Below, one piece after another: positions 49,926 to 59,629 of a stretch of 64,000 nt of DNA (positions within the stretch are counted from its first letter, which is position 1; every line of letters begins with the position of its first letter). Origin of the DNA: Bacteroidota bacterium. GTDB taxonomy: Bacteria; Bacteroidota; JABWAT01. The notes below the pieces were generated by a model. It was not told the origin of the DNA. It was given only the letters and a program-made list of their open reading frames with translations, and did not search any database. The stretch lies in assembly GCA_020161835.1 (NCBI GenBank), contig JAIUNL010000012.1:35081-99080 (forward strand), in the 5' to 3' direction. The translations under genes and the position numbers were made by a program.

Positions 49926-50872
49926 GTATTATTGCCAAAGAGTTAACAAAAAAGTACGGATCATTTACTGCCGTTCAATCTGCTTCATTTACCATTCAAA
50001 CCGGCGAAATCGTCGGGTTCCTCGGCCCTAACGGTGCCGGAAAAACCACCACAATGAAAATGCTTACCGGTATTCTGAATCCAACTTCAGGTACGGCTGA
50101 AATCAATGGGTTTGATGTAATTTCATCGCCCGAATCAGTTAAAAAGGTAATAGGTTTCCTTCCCGAAAATAACCCATTATACCCCGATTTGACTGTGAAT
50201 GAGTATCTAAGTTACAGTGCAAGAATCAGTGGCGTAAAATCTGGGGATGTTGCTGCAAATCTGGATAAAATGATTCAGCTTTGCGGACTTGAATCGGTCA
50301 ATAAAAAAATTATCGGAACCCTCTCGAAAGGTTACCGCCAGCGAGTGGGACTTGCCCAGGCGCTGATTCATGATCCCTCTGTTCTCATTCTTGATGAACC
50401 CACCACCGGGCTTGACCCCAACCAGATTCTTGAAATCAGAGATTTGATTTTAAATCTGGGCAAGGAGAAAACAGTTTTGCTTTCAACCCATATTCTTCAG
50501 GAAGTTGAAGCAATCTGCAACCGGGTTCTGATCATCAACGAAGGCGAACTTGTTGCAGACGGAACACCTGCTGATCTTCAAAATCAATTTAAAGGTGGTG
50601 TTGCCTGGTATCTTGAGTTTGCAAACGATCTGGTGATTTTTCAGGAAGAAATCAGAAAACAATATCCCGAAATGATGATGGAAGTCGTTGCAATGAGTAA
50701 CGAAAAAAATCTTGTCAAATTTACAACCCTTCAGGATGATCACCTTAACCGGAAACTAGTCCGGTTTTGTATTGACCATCAGGTCGATCTTCTTCAGCTA
50801 TATAAAGAAGAAAGCAATCTGGAAGATATTTTCAGAAGGCTGACCATTACCACAGAATCCCGCTCAAACTGA
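49922..50872 (+). CDS. ABC transporter ATP-binding protein (GldA-like)
   Basis: Walker A GPNGAGKTT, signature LSKGYRQRV, Walker B VLILDEPTTGLD. ATGA overlap with the upstream gene. Confidence 0.9.
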   Translation: MSIIAKELTKKYGSFTAVQSASFTIQTGEIVGFLGPNGAGKTTTMKMLTGILNPTSGTAEINGFDVISSPESVKKVIGFLPENNPLYPDLTVNEYLSYSARISGVKSGDVAANLDKMIQLCGLESVNKKIIGTLSKGYRQRVGLAQALIHDPSVLILDEPTTGLDPNQILEIRDLILNLGKEKTVLLSTHILQEVEAICNRVLIINEGELVADGTPADLQNQFKGGVAWYLEFANDLVIFQEEIRKQYPEMMMEVVAMSNEKNLVKFTTLQDDHLNRKLVRFCIDHQVDLLQLYKEESNLEDIFRRLTITTESRSN

Positions 50873-50891
50873 ATTTAATGGAGAATCTGCT

Positions 50892-51605
50892 ATGAATCCC
50901 TCTCTGGCGGCTGTATTCCGCAAAGAGTTAAAATTATTTTTTAACACGCCGGTGGCCTTTATCGCCACAGTTATTTTTCTGGTTTTCGTGGGTTGGTTTT
51001 TTAATTCAACCCTGTTTCTTGAAAATGTTGCTTCGATGAGAACCCTTTTCACGGTTGCCCCTTTTGCGTTTCTGTTTTTTATTCCGGCATTAACCATGAA
51101 GTTGTTTTCTGAAGAATTGAAATCAGGAACCTACGATTTGCTGGTTTCTAAACCCGTCACGTTACCTCAGGTGATTACAGGTAAATTTCTGGCTACCATG
51201 GCGGTCATTTCTGTATTTCTGGCACCCACACTGATGTATGCTGTCACAATTGGTTCACTTGCTCCGCTCGACTGGGGAACAGTCATTGGTGGATATTTGG
51301 GGCTGATTCTGATTGGCGGAATTTATACCTCAGTCGGAATTTTTACTTCAACCCTCACTGAAAACCAGATTGTTGCCTTCATTTCAGGTTTTGTTCTGTG
51401 TTTTGTTCTTTACACTGCCGACCGGATTGGCATGTTTGTCCCTTCAGCAATAAGTCCGTTTTTCCAGTATTTATCTGTGAATGTGCACTTTACTGCGATT
51501 TCAAGGGGAGTAATTGATTCACGTGATCTGGTTTATTCTTTCAGTATGATGATTTTGTTTTTAACATTTTCTTACCTGATTCTTTTAAAGAGAAAGGAGA
51601 ACTGA
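50892..51605 (+). CDS. ABC-2 type permease (GldF-like)
   Basis: 237-aa protein with about 6 TM segments, immediately after the ATPase. Confidence 0.8.
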   Translation: MNPSLAAVFRKELKLFFNTPVAFIATVIFLVFVGWFFNSTLFLENVASMRTLFTVAPFAFLFFIPALTMKLFSEELKSGTYDLLVSKPVTLPQVITGKFLATMAVISVFLAPTLMYAVTIGSLAPLDWGTVIGGYLGLILIGGIYTSVGIFTSTLTENQIVAFISGFVLCFVLYTADRIGMFVPSAISPFFQYLSVNVHFTAISRGVIDSRDLVYSFSMMILFLTFSYLILLKRKEN

Positions 51606-51606
51606 A

Positions 51607-53106
51607 ATGAACTTTCTGAAATCTCTTTCTCCAAAACAGAAATCGGGTTTGGTTATTCTGCTGATTGTGATTCTGAATCTGATTTCCTATGTCTTTTTCT
51701 TCAGACTTGATCTGACTAGAAATGAGTTGTACACCATTTCAAAAGCAACCCGTGGTTTGATGGGAAGTCTTGATGATAAGGTGACGGTTAAAGTTTATTT
51801 TACCGATAATTTGCCTGCGCCGTATTCAACAAACAGACGGTACCTCGAAGATCAGCTTGAAGAATTGAGAAGTTATTCTGATGGGAAACTCAATTTTCAG
51901 ATGATTGACCCGGCTGGAAGTCCTGAACTTGAAAAACAGGTCGAATCAGCCCAAATTCCTGAATTGCAGATTCAGGTGATTGACAATGATAAAATGGAAG
52001 CAAAAAAAGCTTACATGGGTCTCGAAATTCTCTATGAGGATAAAAAGGAGACTTTGCCTGTGCTTCAACAGCTCGAAAATTTCGAGTTTGAATTTGCAAC
52101 TACCCTCAACAGAATGGTCAATAAAAAATTACCGGTTCTGGCAACATCCGCTGATTTTGGAATGCAGGGTTGGGAAGGGAAAAAAAGTATTCAGCAGTAT
52201 CTTGAAAAACAGTTTCGGTTGGAAACAATTTCAATTTCTGAAGAAGCGGGAATACCCGATTCAATTTCAAGTCTGATTTTGTTTACACCCACAGAAAATC
52301 TTTCTGATTTCGCAAAAACCAATATCAAATCATATCTGAACCGTGGCGGTAAACTGGCCTGGTTATTTGACCGGGTTTCTGTAAATATTCAAAATCAGCA
52401 GGCTACCGGTCTCAATAACGGTTTGGATTCACTTTTCTCTGAATTTGGTATCACGATTTCAGACAACCTGGTTTTAGATTTGCAATGTGCGGCCATCAGT
52501 GTTCCGCAACAGGTGGGTATGTTTCAGTTCAACAATCAGGTTCAATATCCGTTCCTGCCGGTTATTTCAGCCGTCAACCCTGAAAGTGAACTCTCACGTG
52601 GCATTTCTGTCGTAACGCCAATTTTTGCCTCTGAAATTTCAGTTGGGAAAGTACCCGATTCACTTGTTGTAACTTCTGTTCTTACCACCAGTGAAAAATC
52701 AAAGCGGGCAAGTGGATTTTACGTTCTTGATCCGTTTCAGGAATGGGCTGAACCAACATTTATTGAGAAAAATCTGTCAATTGCTGTAACTGTTGAAGGT
52801 AAATTCGGCAAAAATGCAAAAAATGGCCGGTTATTTTTAATGACTGATGGGGAAGTTGTCAACGATGATTTTATTCAGAATGGGGCCAGTATTCCTTTTT
52901 TTATGAATGTTCTTTATTTTATTTCTGATGATAAAGGCTTGCTTGCCATTCCATCCAAAAAAGATTTCATGGTTCCCCTTCCCGAAATGGCTCCGGCAGC
53001 AAAACAGTCTGTTAAATATACAAATCTGATATTACCCCCGGTCCTGATTTTAATCTGGGGAATCGTCAGATGGAGAAACCGGAAACGGGCATCAGAATCC
53101 AATTAA
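51607..53106 (+). CDS. GldG-like ABC-transporter auxiliary protein
   Basis: N- and C-terminal TM anchors bracket a large soluble domain. Both position and size are typical of GldG. Confidence 0.7.
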   Translation: MNFLKSLSPKQKSGLVILLIVILNLISYVFFFRLDLTRNELYTISKATRGLMGSLDDKVTVKVYFTDNLPAPYSTNRRYLEDQLEELRSYSDGKLNFQMIDPAGSPELEKQVESAQIPELQIQVIDNDKMEAKKAYMGLEILYEDKKETLPVLQQLENFEFEFATTLNRMVNKKLPVLATSADFGMQGWEGKKSIQQYLEKQFRLETISISEEAGIPDSISSLILFTPTENLSDFAKTNIKSYLNRGGKLAWLFDRVSVNIQNQQATGLNNGLDSLFSEFGITISDNLVLDLQCAAISVPQQVGMFQFNNQVQYPFLPVISAVNPESELSRGISVVTPIFASEISVGKVPDSLVVTSVLTTSEKSKRASGFYVLDPFQEWAEPTFIEKNLSIAVTVEGKFGKNAKNGRLFLMTDGEVVNDDFIQNGASIPFFMNVLYFISDDKGLLAIPSKKDFMVPLPEMAPAAKQSVKYTNLILPPVLILIWGIVRWRNRKRASESN

Positions 53107-53128
53107 AACTTTATCTCAAGTCAAAACA

Positions 53129-54034
53129 ATGAAGTCAAATAAAATACTTTTTTACACGCTTACCCTGGTTTTGCTGATCATTATCGGGTTTCTGGTTTAC
53201 CGATCTTATCTTTCCGTTTCCGGGACGTTTGATGTTGGCAGCAGACTAGGCGTTGAACCTGATAAGTTGACTGCAATTGAACTGCAAACCCAGTCAGAAA
53301 AAATTGTATTTGAAAAGAAAGATTCAATCTGGATGATCATCTCACCTTTTTCAGAGGCTGCAGACCAGGAAAAGATGAAAGACATAATTGGGCTGATAAC
53401 CGAATCGGTTATGGTAGCTCCCATTTCAGATAATCCGGAAAAACAACACATTTTTGGTGTTGACAGTACGGGGAAGAGATTAATTTTAACAACCGGAAAT
53501 GACAGGGTCACTTATTTTGTCGGAAATCCAGGTCCTGATTTCAGTTCTGTTTACATCCGGCAAGACGGACAAAACGATGTTGTTATTTTTTCAGGGAATC
53601 TGGGGACACTTTTTACCCCGGCAGGTGATTTCAGGGATAGAAGTTTATTGAGACTTCAATCTGATTCGATTTCGAAAGTAGAGATTATATCCACTTCAGA
53701 AAATTTTGTCATGTTAAAAGATTCAACACAGTGGCTGATAGAAGGTACAATAATTGAAGCGGAGAAGGTAACGCCCTTTGAATCTTCATTGAACCGGCTT
53801 GATGCCGATTATATTGCAGATTCTTTGTCAGCAAAATCAATGAATTACCCCCAATCTCTGCTGGTTTCTGTAACTGCAGGAAAGCAGAAACATGAACTCA
53901 AGTTTTATAAAATCCCCGAACGAATGGAATATGCTGTTACCCGGTCAGGTTCTGAAAAAGTGTACCTGATTTCTGACTGGAAAGTTGACCGCCTGAATAA
54001 ATCAAAAGCCTACTGGACTGGAACTCAAAAATGA
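53129..54034 (+). CDS. DUF4340-like anchored protein
   Basis: N-terminal TM anchor. It occupies the position after a GldG-like gene, as in the conserved four-gene module. Confidence 0.55.
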   Translation: MKSNKILFYTLTLVLLIIIGFLVYRSYLSVSGTFDVGSRLGVEPDKLTAIELQTQSEKIVFEKKDSIWMIISPFSEAADQEKMKDIIGLITESVMVAPISDNPEKQHIFGVDSTGKRLILTTGNDRVTYFVGNPGPDFSSVYIRQDGQNDVVIFSGNLGTLFTPAGDFRDRSLLRLQSDSISKVEIISTSENFVMLKDSTQWLIEGTIIEAEKVTPFESSLNRLDADYIADSLSAKSMNYPQSLLVSVTAGKQKHELKFYKIPERMEYAVTRSGSEKVYLISDWKVDRLNKSKAYWTGTQK

Positions 54035-55812
54035 AAAAATTACTGTTAATTCTTCTTTCCGGGGCATTTGCTTCAGGTTGTGTCAGTTACGATGCAGCAA
54101 TAACCGAAAATGAACTTAAATCTTCACTAGGGTATCTTGCTTCTGATTCACTCAAAGGCCGGATGACAGGTTCAGAAGGCATCCGCCAGGCTGCCAATTT
54201 TCTTGCTGAACGGTACAAAGAAATGGGTCTTCATCCGATGGGTGATTCTGGTGGATATTTCAGGTATTATGAGTTTATTGCTGGTGCAGAACCAGACTCT
54301 GCTTCCTTTCTTTCAGTAAACGGAAAACGTCTGACTTATGGAAATGAGTTTACCTTTAAAGGGTTTACCGGCTCTGCCGATTTAAAAGACGCTGAAGTGG
54401 TTTTTGCCGGGTTTGGAGTTCGTTCTGATTCATTGAAATATGATGATTATGCTGATATTGATGTTTCAGGAAAAGTTGTAGTTGTTATTCGTTACAATCC
54501 GGATGGTGACAACCCTCATTCGGTTTACAACTCGACTTCCTCTTTCAGGGCAAAAGCAAAACTGGCAAAAGAAAAAGGTGCGGCTGCCATTCTGTTTGTA
54601 AATAGTAAAGAAGAAGAACCAGATGATTTGCTGCTGAAACTTGAATATGACCGGGGCGGTACGCAGGCACTTCCTGCTATTCAGGTTAAAAGATCAGTCG
54701 TTGATGGATGGTTAAAATCGGCCGGACTTCAATCTCTGACTGAACTCGAGAAAGATATTCAAGCGAAAAAGCGTCAAAGTTCAAAACTGATTGAAAGTGT
54801 CAAAATTTCACTTCACACAGGTCTGCATCTCATTAAAAAGCCAGCATATAATGTTGTGGGATATTTTCCCGGTGCTGATGCAAAGCTGAAAGACGAAATT
54901 GTTGTTATCGGAGCTCATTATGACCATTGGGGAATGGGCGGATCGGGTTCTTTATACCGGGGCGAAGAACCCCAGATTCACAATGGTGCTGATGATAACG
55001 CCAGCGGAACTGCTGGAATTGTTGAACTTGCCCAATCTCTTGTCGGAAAGAAAAATCCACCAAAAAGATCACTGATTGTGGCTGCCTTTTCTGGTGAAGA
55101 ATTGGGACTGCTGGGCTCTTCTGCACTTGTTAATCAGTTTCCGGTTCCGATTGAACAGGTTGTGGCAATGTTTAATTTTGACATGATTGGCCGGTTGGAT
55201 TCTGTAAGTCAACTCGTTATTTACGGAATGGGTACATCCTCTTCATTTAAAACTCTGGCTGATTCACTCAATAAACCTTACAAGTTTAATCTTTCATTTA
55301 AAGATGAAGGTTACGGACCCAGTGATCATTCGAGTTTTTATTCAAAAAATATTCCGGTCATGTTTTTTCATACCGGACTTCATTCAGACTATCATCGGCC
55401 AAGTGATGATGCAGATAAAATCAACTACCCCGGAACCAAAAAAGTTTTGGATTATGCTTCTGAGATCGTGGGAACGGTAATTAATCAGCAAGTCAAACCT
55501 GATTTTATCAAAGTGAAATCACAGTCAGCCGGTCGTTCTATGGCCTTTAATGTGTATATCGGCACCATTCCTGATTATGCCTACAATGGCAAAGGATTAA
55601 AGATCACCGGTGTAAATCCGGGATCTCCTGCTGATAAAGCCGGGTTGAAAGGCGGAGACGTAATTACACAGATCGGATCATCCAAAATTGATAACATTTA
55701 TGATTACACCGATGCACTTTCTTCTCTGAAAGCCGGAAAAGAAGAAGTTTTGGTTTACCAGCGTGAAGGGAAAGAAGTGAAGGGAACCATTACTCCCGGA
55801 AAACGAAATTAG
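54031..55812 (+). CDS. M28-family zinc peptidase with a C-terminal PDZ domain
   Basis: Lipoprotein-like signal (LLSGAFASGC). M28 motifs HYDHWG, NGADDNASG, EELGLLGS. PDZ segment GLKITGVNPGSPADKAGLKGGDVITQIG. Confidence 0.85.
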   Translation: MKKLLLILLSGAFASGCVSYDAAITENELKSSLGYLASDSLKGRMTGSEGIRQAANFLAERYKEMGLHPMGDSGGYFRYYEFIAGAEPDSASFLSVNGKRLTYGNEFTFKGFTGSADLKDAEVVFAGFGVRSDSLKYDDYADIDVSGKVVVVIRYNPDGDNPHSVYNSTSSFRAKAKLAKEKGAAAILFVNSKEEEPDDLLLKLEYDRGGTQALPAIQVKRSVVDGWLKSAGLQSLTELEKDIQAKKRQSSKLIESVKISLHTGLHLIKKPAYNVVGYFPGADAKLKDEIVVIGAHYDHWGMGGSGSLYRGEEPQIHNGADDNASGTAGIVELAQSLVGKKNPPKRSLIVAAFSGEELGLLGSSALVNQFPVPIEQVVAMFNFDMIGRLDSVSQLVIYGMGTSSSFKTLADSLNKPYKFNLSFKDEGYGPSDHSSFYSKNIPVMFFHTGLHSDYHRPSDDADKINYPGTKKVLDYASEIVGTVINQQVKPDFIKVKSQSAGRSMAFNVYIGTIPDYAYNGKGLKITGVNPGSPADKAGLKGGDVITQIGSSKIDNIYDYTDALSSLKAGKEEVLVYQREGKEVKGTITPGKRN

Positions 55813-55825
55813 AATGGTTACCTTT

Positions 55826-55882
55826 AAATCCGGACACTGAGCGGAGTCGAAGTGCCCGGAATTTAATGTGGTTTTTTGTTTT
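55826..55882 (+). repeat. CACTGAG...TCGAAGTGC hairpin element, copy 3, followed by a T-rich tract (terminator-like)
   Basis: aaatccgg-acactgagcggagtcgaagtgc-ccggaattt, then aatgtggttttttgtttt. It starts 14 nt after the peptidase stop. Confidence 0.7.
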
Positions 55883-55906
55883 GAGAAAATATCAAAACCA
55901 CCCCGG

Positions 55907-55955
55907 CTTCGCCACCCCCCGAAAGCGTTCGGGGCAGGCTCTCCTTGAAAAGGAG
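55907..55955 (-). repeat. GAG...CGAAG module with a ccccgaa-agcg-ttcgggg hairpin, plus a ctcctt-gaa-aaggag hairpin
   Basis: The minus strand reads gagcctgccccgaacgctttcggggggtggcgaag. The inner hairpin at 55917-55934 is the reverse complement of the one at 15785-15800. Confidence 0.7.
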
Positions 55956-56005
55956 GGGAATTTACAGCTTAACCGTACCCCGTTTCACTGACCACCACGA
56001 AAGTG

Positions 56006-56066
56006 TTCGGGGTCTTTGCTTCGCTCGACTTATCACTTATAACTTATAACTTATAACTTACCACTG
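56006..56066 (-). repeat. Repeat element copy B, with an expanded heptamer array (TAACTTA x3)
   Basis: The reverse complement reads cagtggt aagttat aagttat aagttat aagtgat aagtcga gcgaagc aaagacc ccgaa. This equals copy A (15608-15647) plus exactly 21 nt. It ends 5 nt before the ferredoxin ATG. Confidence 0.85.
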
Positions 56067-56071
56067 ATTCC

Positions 56072-56377
56072 ATGTACAAACACCACATCTTTATTTGTGA
56101 AAATGAACGTCCCGCTGATAACCCAAGGGGAAGTTGTGCTGCGAAGGGTTCGGCAGACCTTACTGCAACCTTTAAAGCCGAACTTGCTAAAAGAAAGCTG
56201 AAGGGAATCGTTCGTTCAAATAAATCGGGCTGTCTGGATTTTTGTGAAAAAGGTCCCGTGGTGGTGATTTACCCTGAAGCCGTGTGGTATTCTCCAAAAA
56301 CAAGTGACGATGTTGTTGAAATTGTCAACTCTCATATCGATAATGGTATCATTGTCGACAGACTGCTCATGAAATAA
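56072..56377 (+). CDS. Thioredoxin-like [2Fe-2S] ferredoxin
   Basis: HIFICENERPADNPRGSCAAKG ... SGCLDFCEKGPVVVIYPEAVWY (four Cys in the family pattern). Confidence 0.8.
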   Translation: MYKHHIFICENERPADNPRGSCAAKGSADLTATFKAELAKRKLKGIVRSNKSGCLDFCEKGPVVVIYPEAVWYSPKTSDDVVEIVNSHIDNGIIVDRLLMK

Positions 56378-56389
56378 CTGCAGGATTCC

Positions 56390-57928
56390 ATGATTTCAGC
56401 CACAACCCCCAAAGTAAGTTTAGTAAAATCGTTTACAAATCCGTTCAGAAATGCCATTGCCACGGCACGAACCTGTTATTCATCCAAAGGGATAATAACG
56501 GATCAGGATGTAAACGAAAAACATTTTCATATCGCCCATTCAACCTATCAGGCGGGGCATCATACAACGCTTCAACATGCACATTTCCAGTTTGCCATAA
56601 CTGATGTTTCCCGGCATACCATCTGGAGCTTCCTGCACAGTCACCCGTTTTACAATTCTGAACAGGTCAGTCAGCGTTACGTGGAAGTTAAACCCGGTAC
56701 ATTTTACGTTCCGCCAATCTCAGGTCAGGCTCTTGAGCTTTATCTGGCCACGCAAAACAAGCTGATGGATTATTACCATCAATTAAATGAATCCTTGCTG
56801 GGTGTTACGACTTCAGCATATCTTGACCGGTTTCCGGCGAGAAAAAGTGATCAGAAAAAAATTGACCGGGACGTTAAGAAGAAAACTCAGGAAGTTGCCC
56901 GGTACGTACTTCCGGTTTCGACTTTTGCCTATTTATATCACACGATTTCAGGTATTACTTTACTTCGTTACTGGCGGTATTGCCGTCAGTATGAAACACC
57001 ACAGGAAACCCGAGACCTGATTGAAGCTATGGTTCGCCTTATGCTCGATCACGATCCGGAATTTGGTGAAATCATTCAGGAACCCTTAACCCTTGAAGAA
57101 ACTCCTGAATTCGCCCAGTTTCAGCAATTCTGGCAAGGGAAAAATCCATCCAAAGCATTTATAAATGAATTTGATCAAAGTCTTGATGGACGGGTTTCTA
57201 AACTGATCGGCTGGTCTGATCAGGCAGAATCAACGGTGGCTTCTGCTGTCAGGGAAGTTTATGGCTTAGCCTCATCAGAGCTTTCTGATGTTGAGGCAAT
57301 CAACAAGCTTTTGAATCCTGCAGAAAATAAAATCTTCGGTGAAAACCTGAACCTGACAACTCATTCAAAATTGTCACGGGCAATGGTTCATGCCCACTAT
57401 TCCTTCCGTAAAAAATTAAGCCATGCTGCCGATTCTCAGGATCAGCGTCACCGGATGACACCCGGAAGCCGGCCAATTCTATCTACTCATATTACTGATG
57501 ATCCGGATTATATCACGCCGGTTGTGGTCAATCTGGATGAAAAATCGAAACGATTGTACGATGAGGCGATGTCAGTGGCCTGGGATGCCATCAGAAAATT
57601 AAAACTCTTGGGCGTTTCTGAAGAATACGCAAATTTTCTGCTTCCAAATGCAGTTTCCGTTCGGTTTACCGAGTCGGGGGATTTGCTGAATCTTCACCAT
57701 AAGCATCAGATGCGGTTGTGTTACAATGCTCAGGAAGAAATCTGGCGGGCATCACTTGATGAGGCATTGCAGATTTCTGAAGTTCATCCGAACATCGGTC
57801 GTTTTTTACTTCCGCCCTGCAGTCAGCGATCCATGAGCGGAACCCGGCCAATTTGCCCTGAGGGCGATCGTTTCTGCGGAATAAAAGTGTGGAGACTGAA
57901 CCGGGAGGATTATTCCCGGATTATCTGA
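56390..57928 (+). CDS. ThyX-family (flavin-dependent thymidylate synthase-like) protein, double-length form
   Basis: The first half has AGHHTTLQHAHFQFAITDVSRH and SEQVSQRY (the ThyX signature context). The second half has QRHRMTPGS and LLPNA...MRLCYNAQEEIW. The C-terminal Cys cluster is PPCSQRSMSGTRPICPEGDRFC. Confidence 0.65.
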   Translation: MISATTPKVSLVKSFTNPFRNAIATARTCYSSKGIITDQDVNEKHFHIAHSTYQAGHHTTLQHAHFQFAITDVSRHTIWSFLHSHPFYNSEQVSQRYVEVKPGTFYVPPISGQALELYLATQNKLMDYYHQLNESLLGVTTSAYLDRFPARKSDQKKIDRDVKKKTQEVARYVLPVSTFAYLYHTISGITLLRYWRYCRQYETPQETRDLIEAMVRLMLDHDPEFGEIIQEPLTLEETPEFAQFQQFWQGKNPSKAFINEFDQSLDGRVSKLIGWSDQAESTVASAVREVYGLASSELSDVEAINKLLNPAENKIFGENLNLTTHSKLSRAMVHAHYSFRKKLSHAADSQDQRHRMTPGSRPILSTHITDDPDYITPVVVNLDEKSKRLYDEAMSVAWDAIRKLKLLGVSEEYANFLLPNAVSVRFTESGDLLNLHHKHQMRLCYNAQEEIWRASLDEALQISEVHPNIGRFLLPPCSQRSMSGTRPICPEGDRFCGIKVWRLNREDYSRII

Positions 57929-57947
57929 TTTTTCCGGATGAATTGAA

Positions 57948-58436
57948 ATGAAATTAAGTCCGTTTGTTACCCGTTGGATGCTGAATCTGTTTCCTCCTTT
58001 GTTTTTTAACCGGATCAGGATAAATACGCTGTCTCCCGATTTTACCTATTGTTTGGTTCAGGTCAAAAAATCTTTTCTGAATACCAATCTTCAGAAATCG
58101 ATTTTTGGCGGTACGATTTTTAGTGCCGGTGATCCGTTCCAGGCAATTATGTACTGGCAATATTTTGCCCACAATAACATTCATGTTCAGGCTTGGCTTA
58201 AAAAAGCTCAGATTACCTACCGGCAACCAGCCTTTGCCAACCTCCGACTGGAATTTAATCTCACAGAAACGGATATTGCAGAAGCAAAACTGGCACTTAA
58301 TGAAACAGGCCGGTTTGAAAAGTGGCATGAAATCCCGATTCTGACAGACCAGGGAGAACTTGTAGCGGTTATTAAAACCCTTGTCCACCTCCGGCTAACC
58401 GGAGACACTCATCTCTTACGGGAACCTAACCCATGA
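57948..58436 (+). CDS. Hot-dog-fold (DUF4442/PaaI-like thioesterase) protein
   Basis: NLQKSIFGGTIFSAGDPFQAIMY resembles the DUF4442 core. The antisense ORF 57954..58388 was rejected. Confidence 0.55.
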   Translation: MKLSPFVTRWMLNLFPPLFFNRIRINTLSPDFTYCLVQVKKSFLNTNLQKSIFGGTIFSAGDPFQAIMYWQYFAHNNIHVQAWLKKAQITYRQPAFANLRLEFNLTETDIAEAKLALNETGRFEKWHEIPILTDQGELVAVIKTLVHLRLTGDTHLLREPNP

Positions 58437-59623
58437 CTTACCATCCATTATCATTCGAAATATTTAAACGGTTTTTTCCTGAAGGAAGACGCCTCGACAG
58501 TTTATTCCGTCAGGTTTTTAAAGAAAAGAGAGTTAATCCGAAAGAAAAACGGATTATATATTATGAAGTAACCGGCTTTATTCGTCTTTTTCCCGCATGG
58601 ATGGCCGTAAATGAACCCGGTAAGCCCATTGACGAAGCAGAATGGACAACTATCCTAAAAGCCATAAAAGATTTTGACTGGGAAGCTCATGCTGAAAAAC
58701 TGATCAACCTCCCAAATAAAACCAAAATCACACCCGCACTTTTATCTGAATTTGGACTACCGGTTTTATTTCGTTCCTGGATTGGTGAAAGTGTACCTGA
58801 TTCTCAGGTTTTGAACTTTCTGAAAAAATCGGTCATGACACGTCCGGTTTATCTTCGTGAAATTGCAGATCAGGTTCAGGTTGATCCTGATCTTGAACCG
58901 GTTTATGGCATTCCCGGTGCTTGGAAACTGAATAACCCCATTCTGGATTTTGCCGATGACTGGTTTCAATCGGGTCAGTTTGAAATTCAGGATCTTTCCG
59001 GCCAGCTTGCCTCTCTTATGGTTAACCCAAAACCAAATGAAAAGGTGATGGATGCCTGTGCCGGTCATGGCGGAAAGACGATTGCTCTTGCCGGACTGAT
59101 GAAAGGGAAGGGGAAAATTGTAACCATCCACGTGTCTGATGCAGAGATGCAAACTCTTAAACTTCGTGCCCGAAAACATGGCATTGGCACTATTTCACCA
59201 ATGAAACTGGATTCACCCGCACTTGAAGCATTAAAAGGAACGATGGATATTGTTTGGGTTGATGCTCCTTGTACAGGTTCAGGTGTGATCAGGCGTAACC
59301 CCGAAGTCATTTACCGGCTGAGTGAAACTGTAATCAGGAAAATGGAAGAAGAGCAACTCATTCTGTTGAATCATTATTCTCAATATGTAAAACCTGGCGG
59401 AAGATTGGTTTACTCGACCTGTTCAGTTTTCCAAAACGAAAATGAAGCAGTTATTCAGGATTTCAAAGCAGAGCATCAGGACGATATGAGCCTGGGTTCG
59501 TTTGCTCAGGGACTGAATTACTATCATCTTGCCCTGCCTGATATCAACCCCCTCAGATTGGGTTTTGCAGACGAACCAGATTCTGACGGATTTTTCCTTG
59601 CTGTTTTTTCTAGAAAGAAATAG
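58433..59623 (+). CDS. RsmB/NOP2/Sun-family SAM-dependent RNA (cytosine-C5) methyltransferase
   Basis: SAM motif DACAGHGGKT and catalytic Cys motifs DAPCTGSG and YSTCS. ATGA overlap with the upstream gene. Confidence 0.85.
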   Translation: MTYHPLSFEIFKRFFPEGRRLDSLFRQVFKEKRVNPKEKRIIYYEVTGFIRLFPAWMAVNEPGKPIDEAEWTTILKAIKDFDWEAHAEKLINLPNKTKITPALLSEFGLPVLFRSWIGESVPDSQVLNFLKKSVMTRPVYLREIADQVQVDPDLEPVYGIPGAWKLNNPILDFADDWFQSGQFEIQDLSGQLASLMVNPKPNEKVMDACAGHGGKTIALAGLMKGKGKIVTIHVSDAEMQTLKLRARKHGIGTISPMKLDSPALEALKGTMDIVWVDAPCTGSGVIRRNPEVIYRLSETVIRKMEEEQLILLNHYSQYVKPGGRLVYSTCSVFQNENEAVIQDFKAEHQDDMSLGSFAQGLNYYHLALPDINPLRLGFADEPDSDGFFLAVFSRKK

Positions 59624-59629
59624 TCTGAT

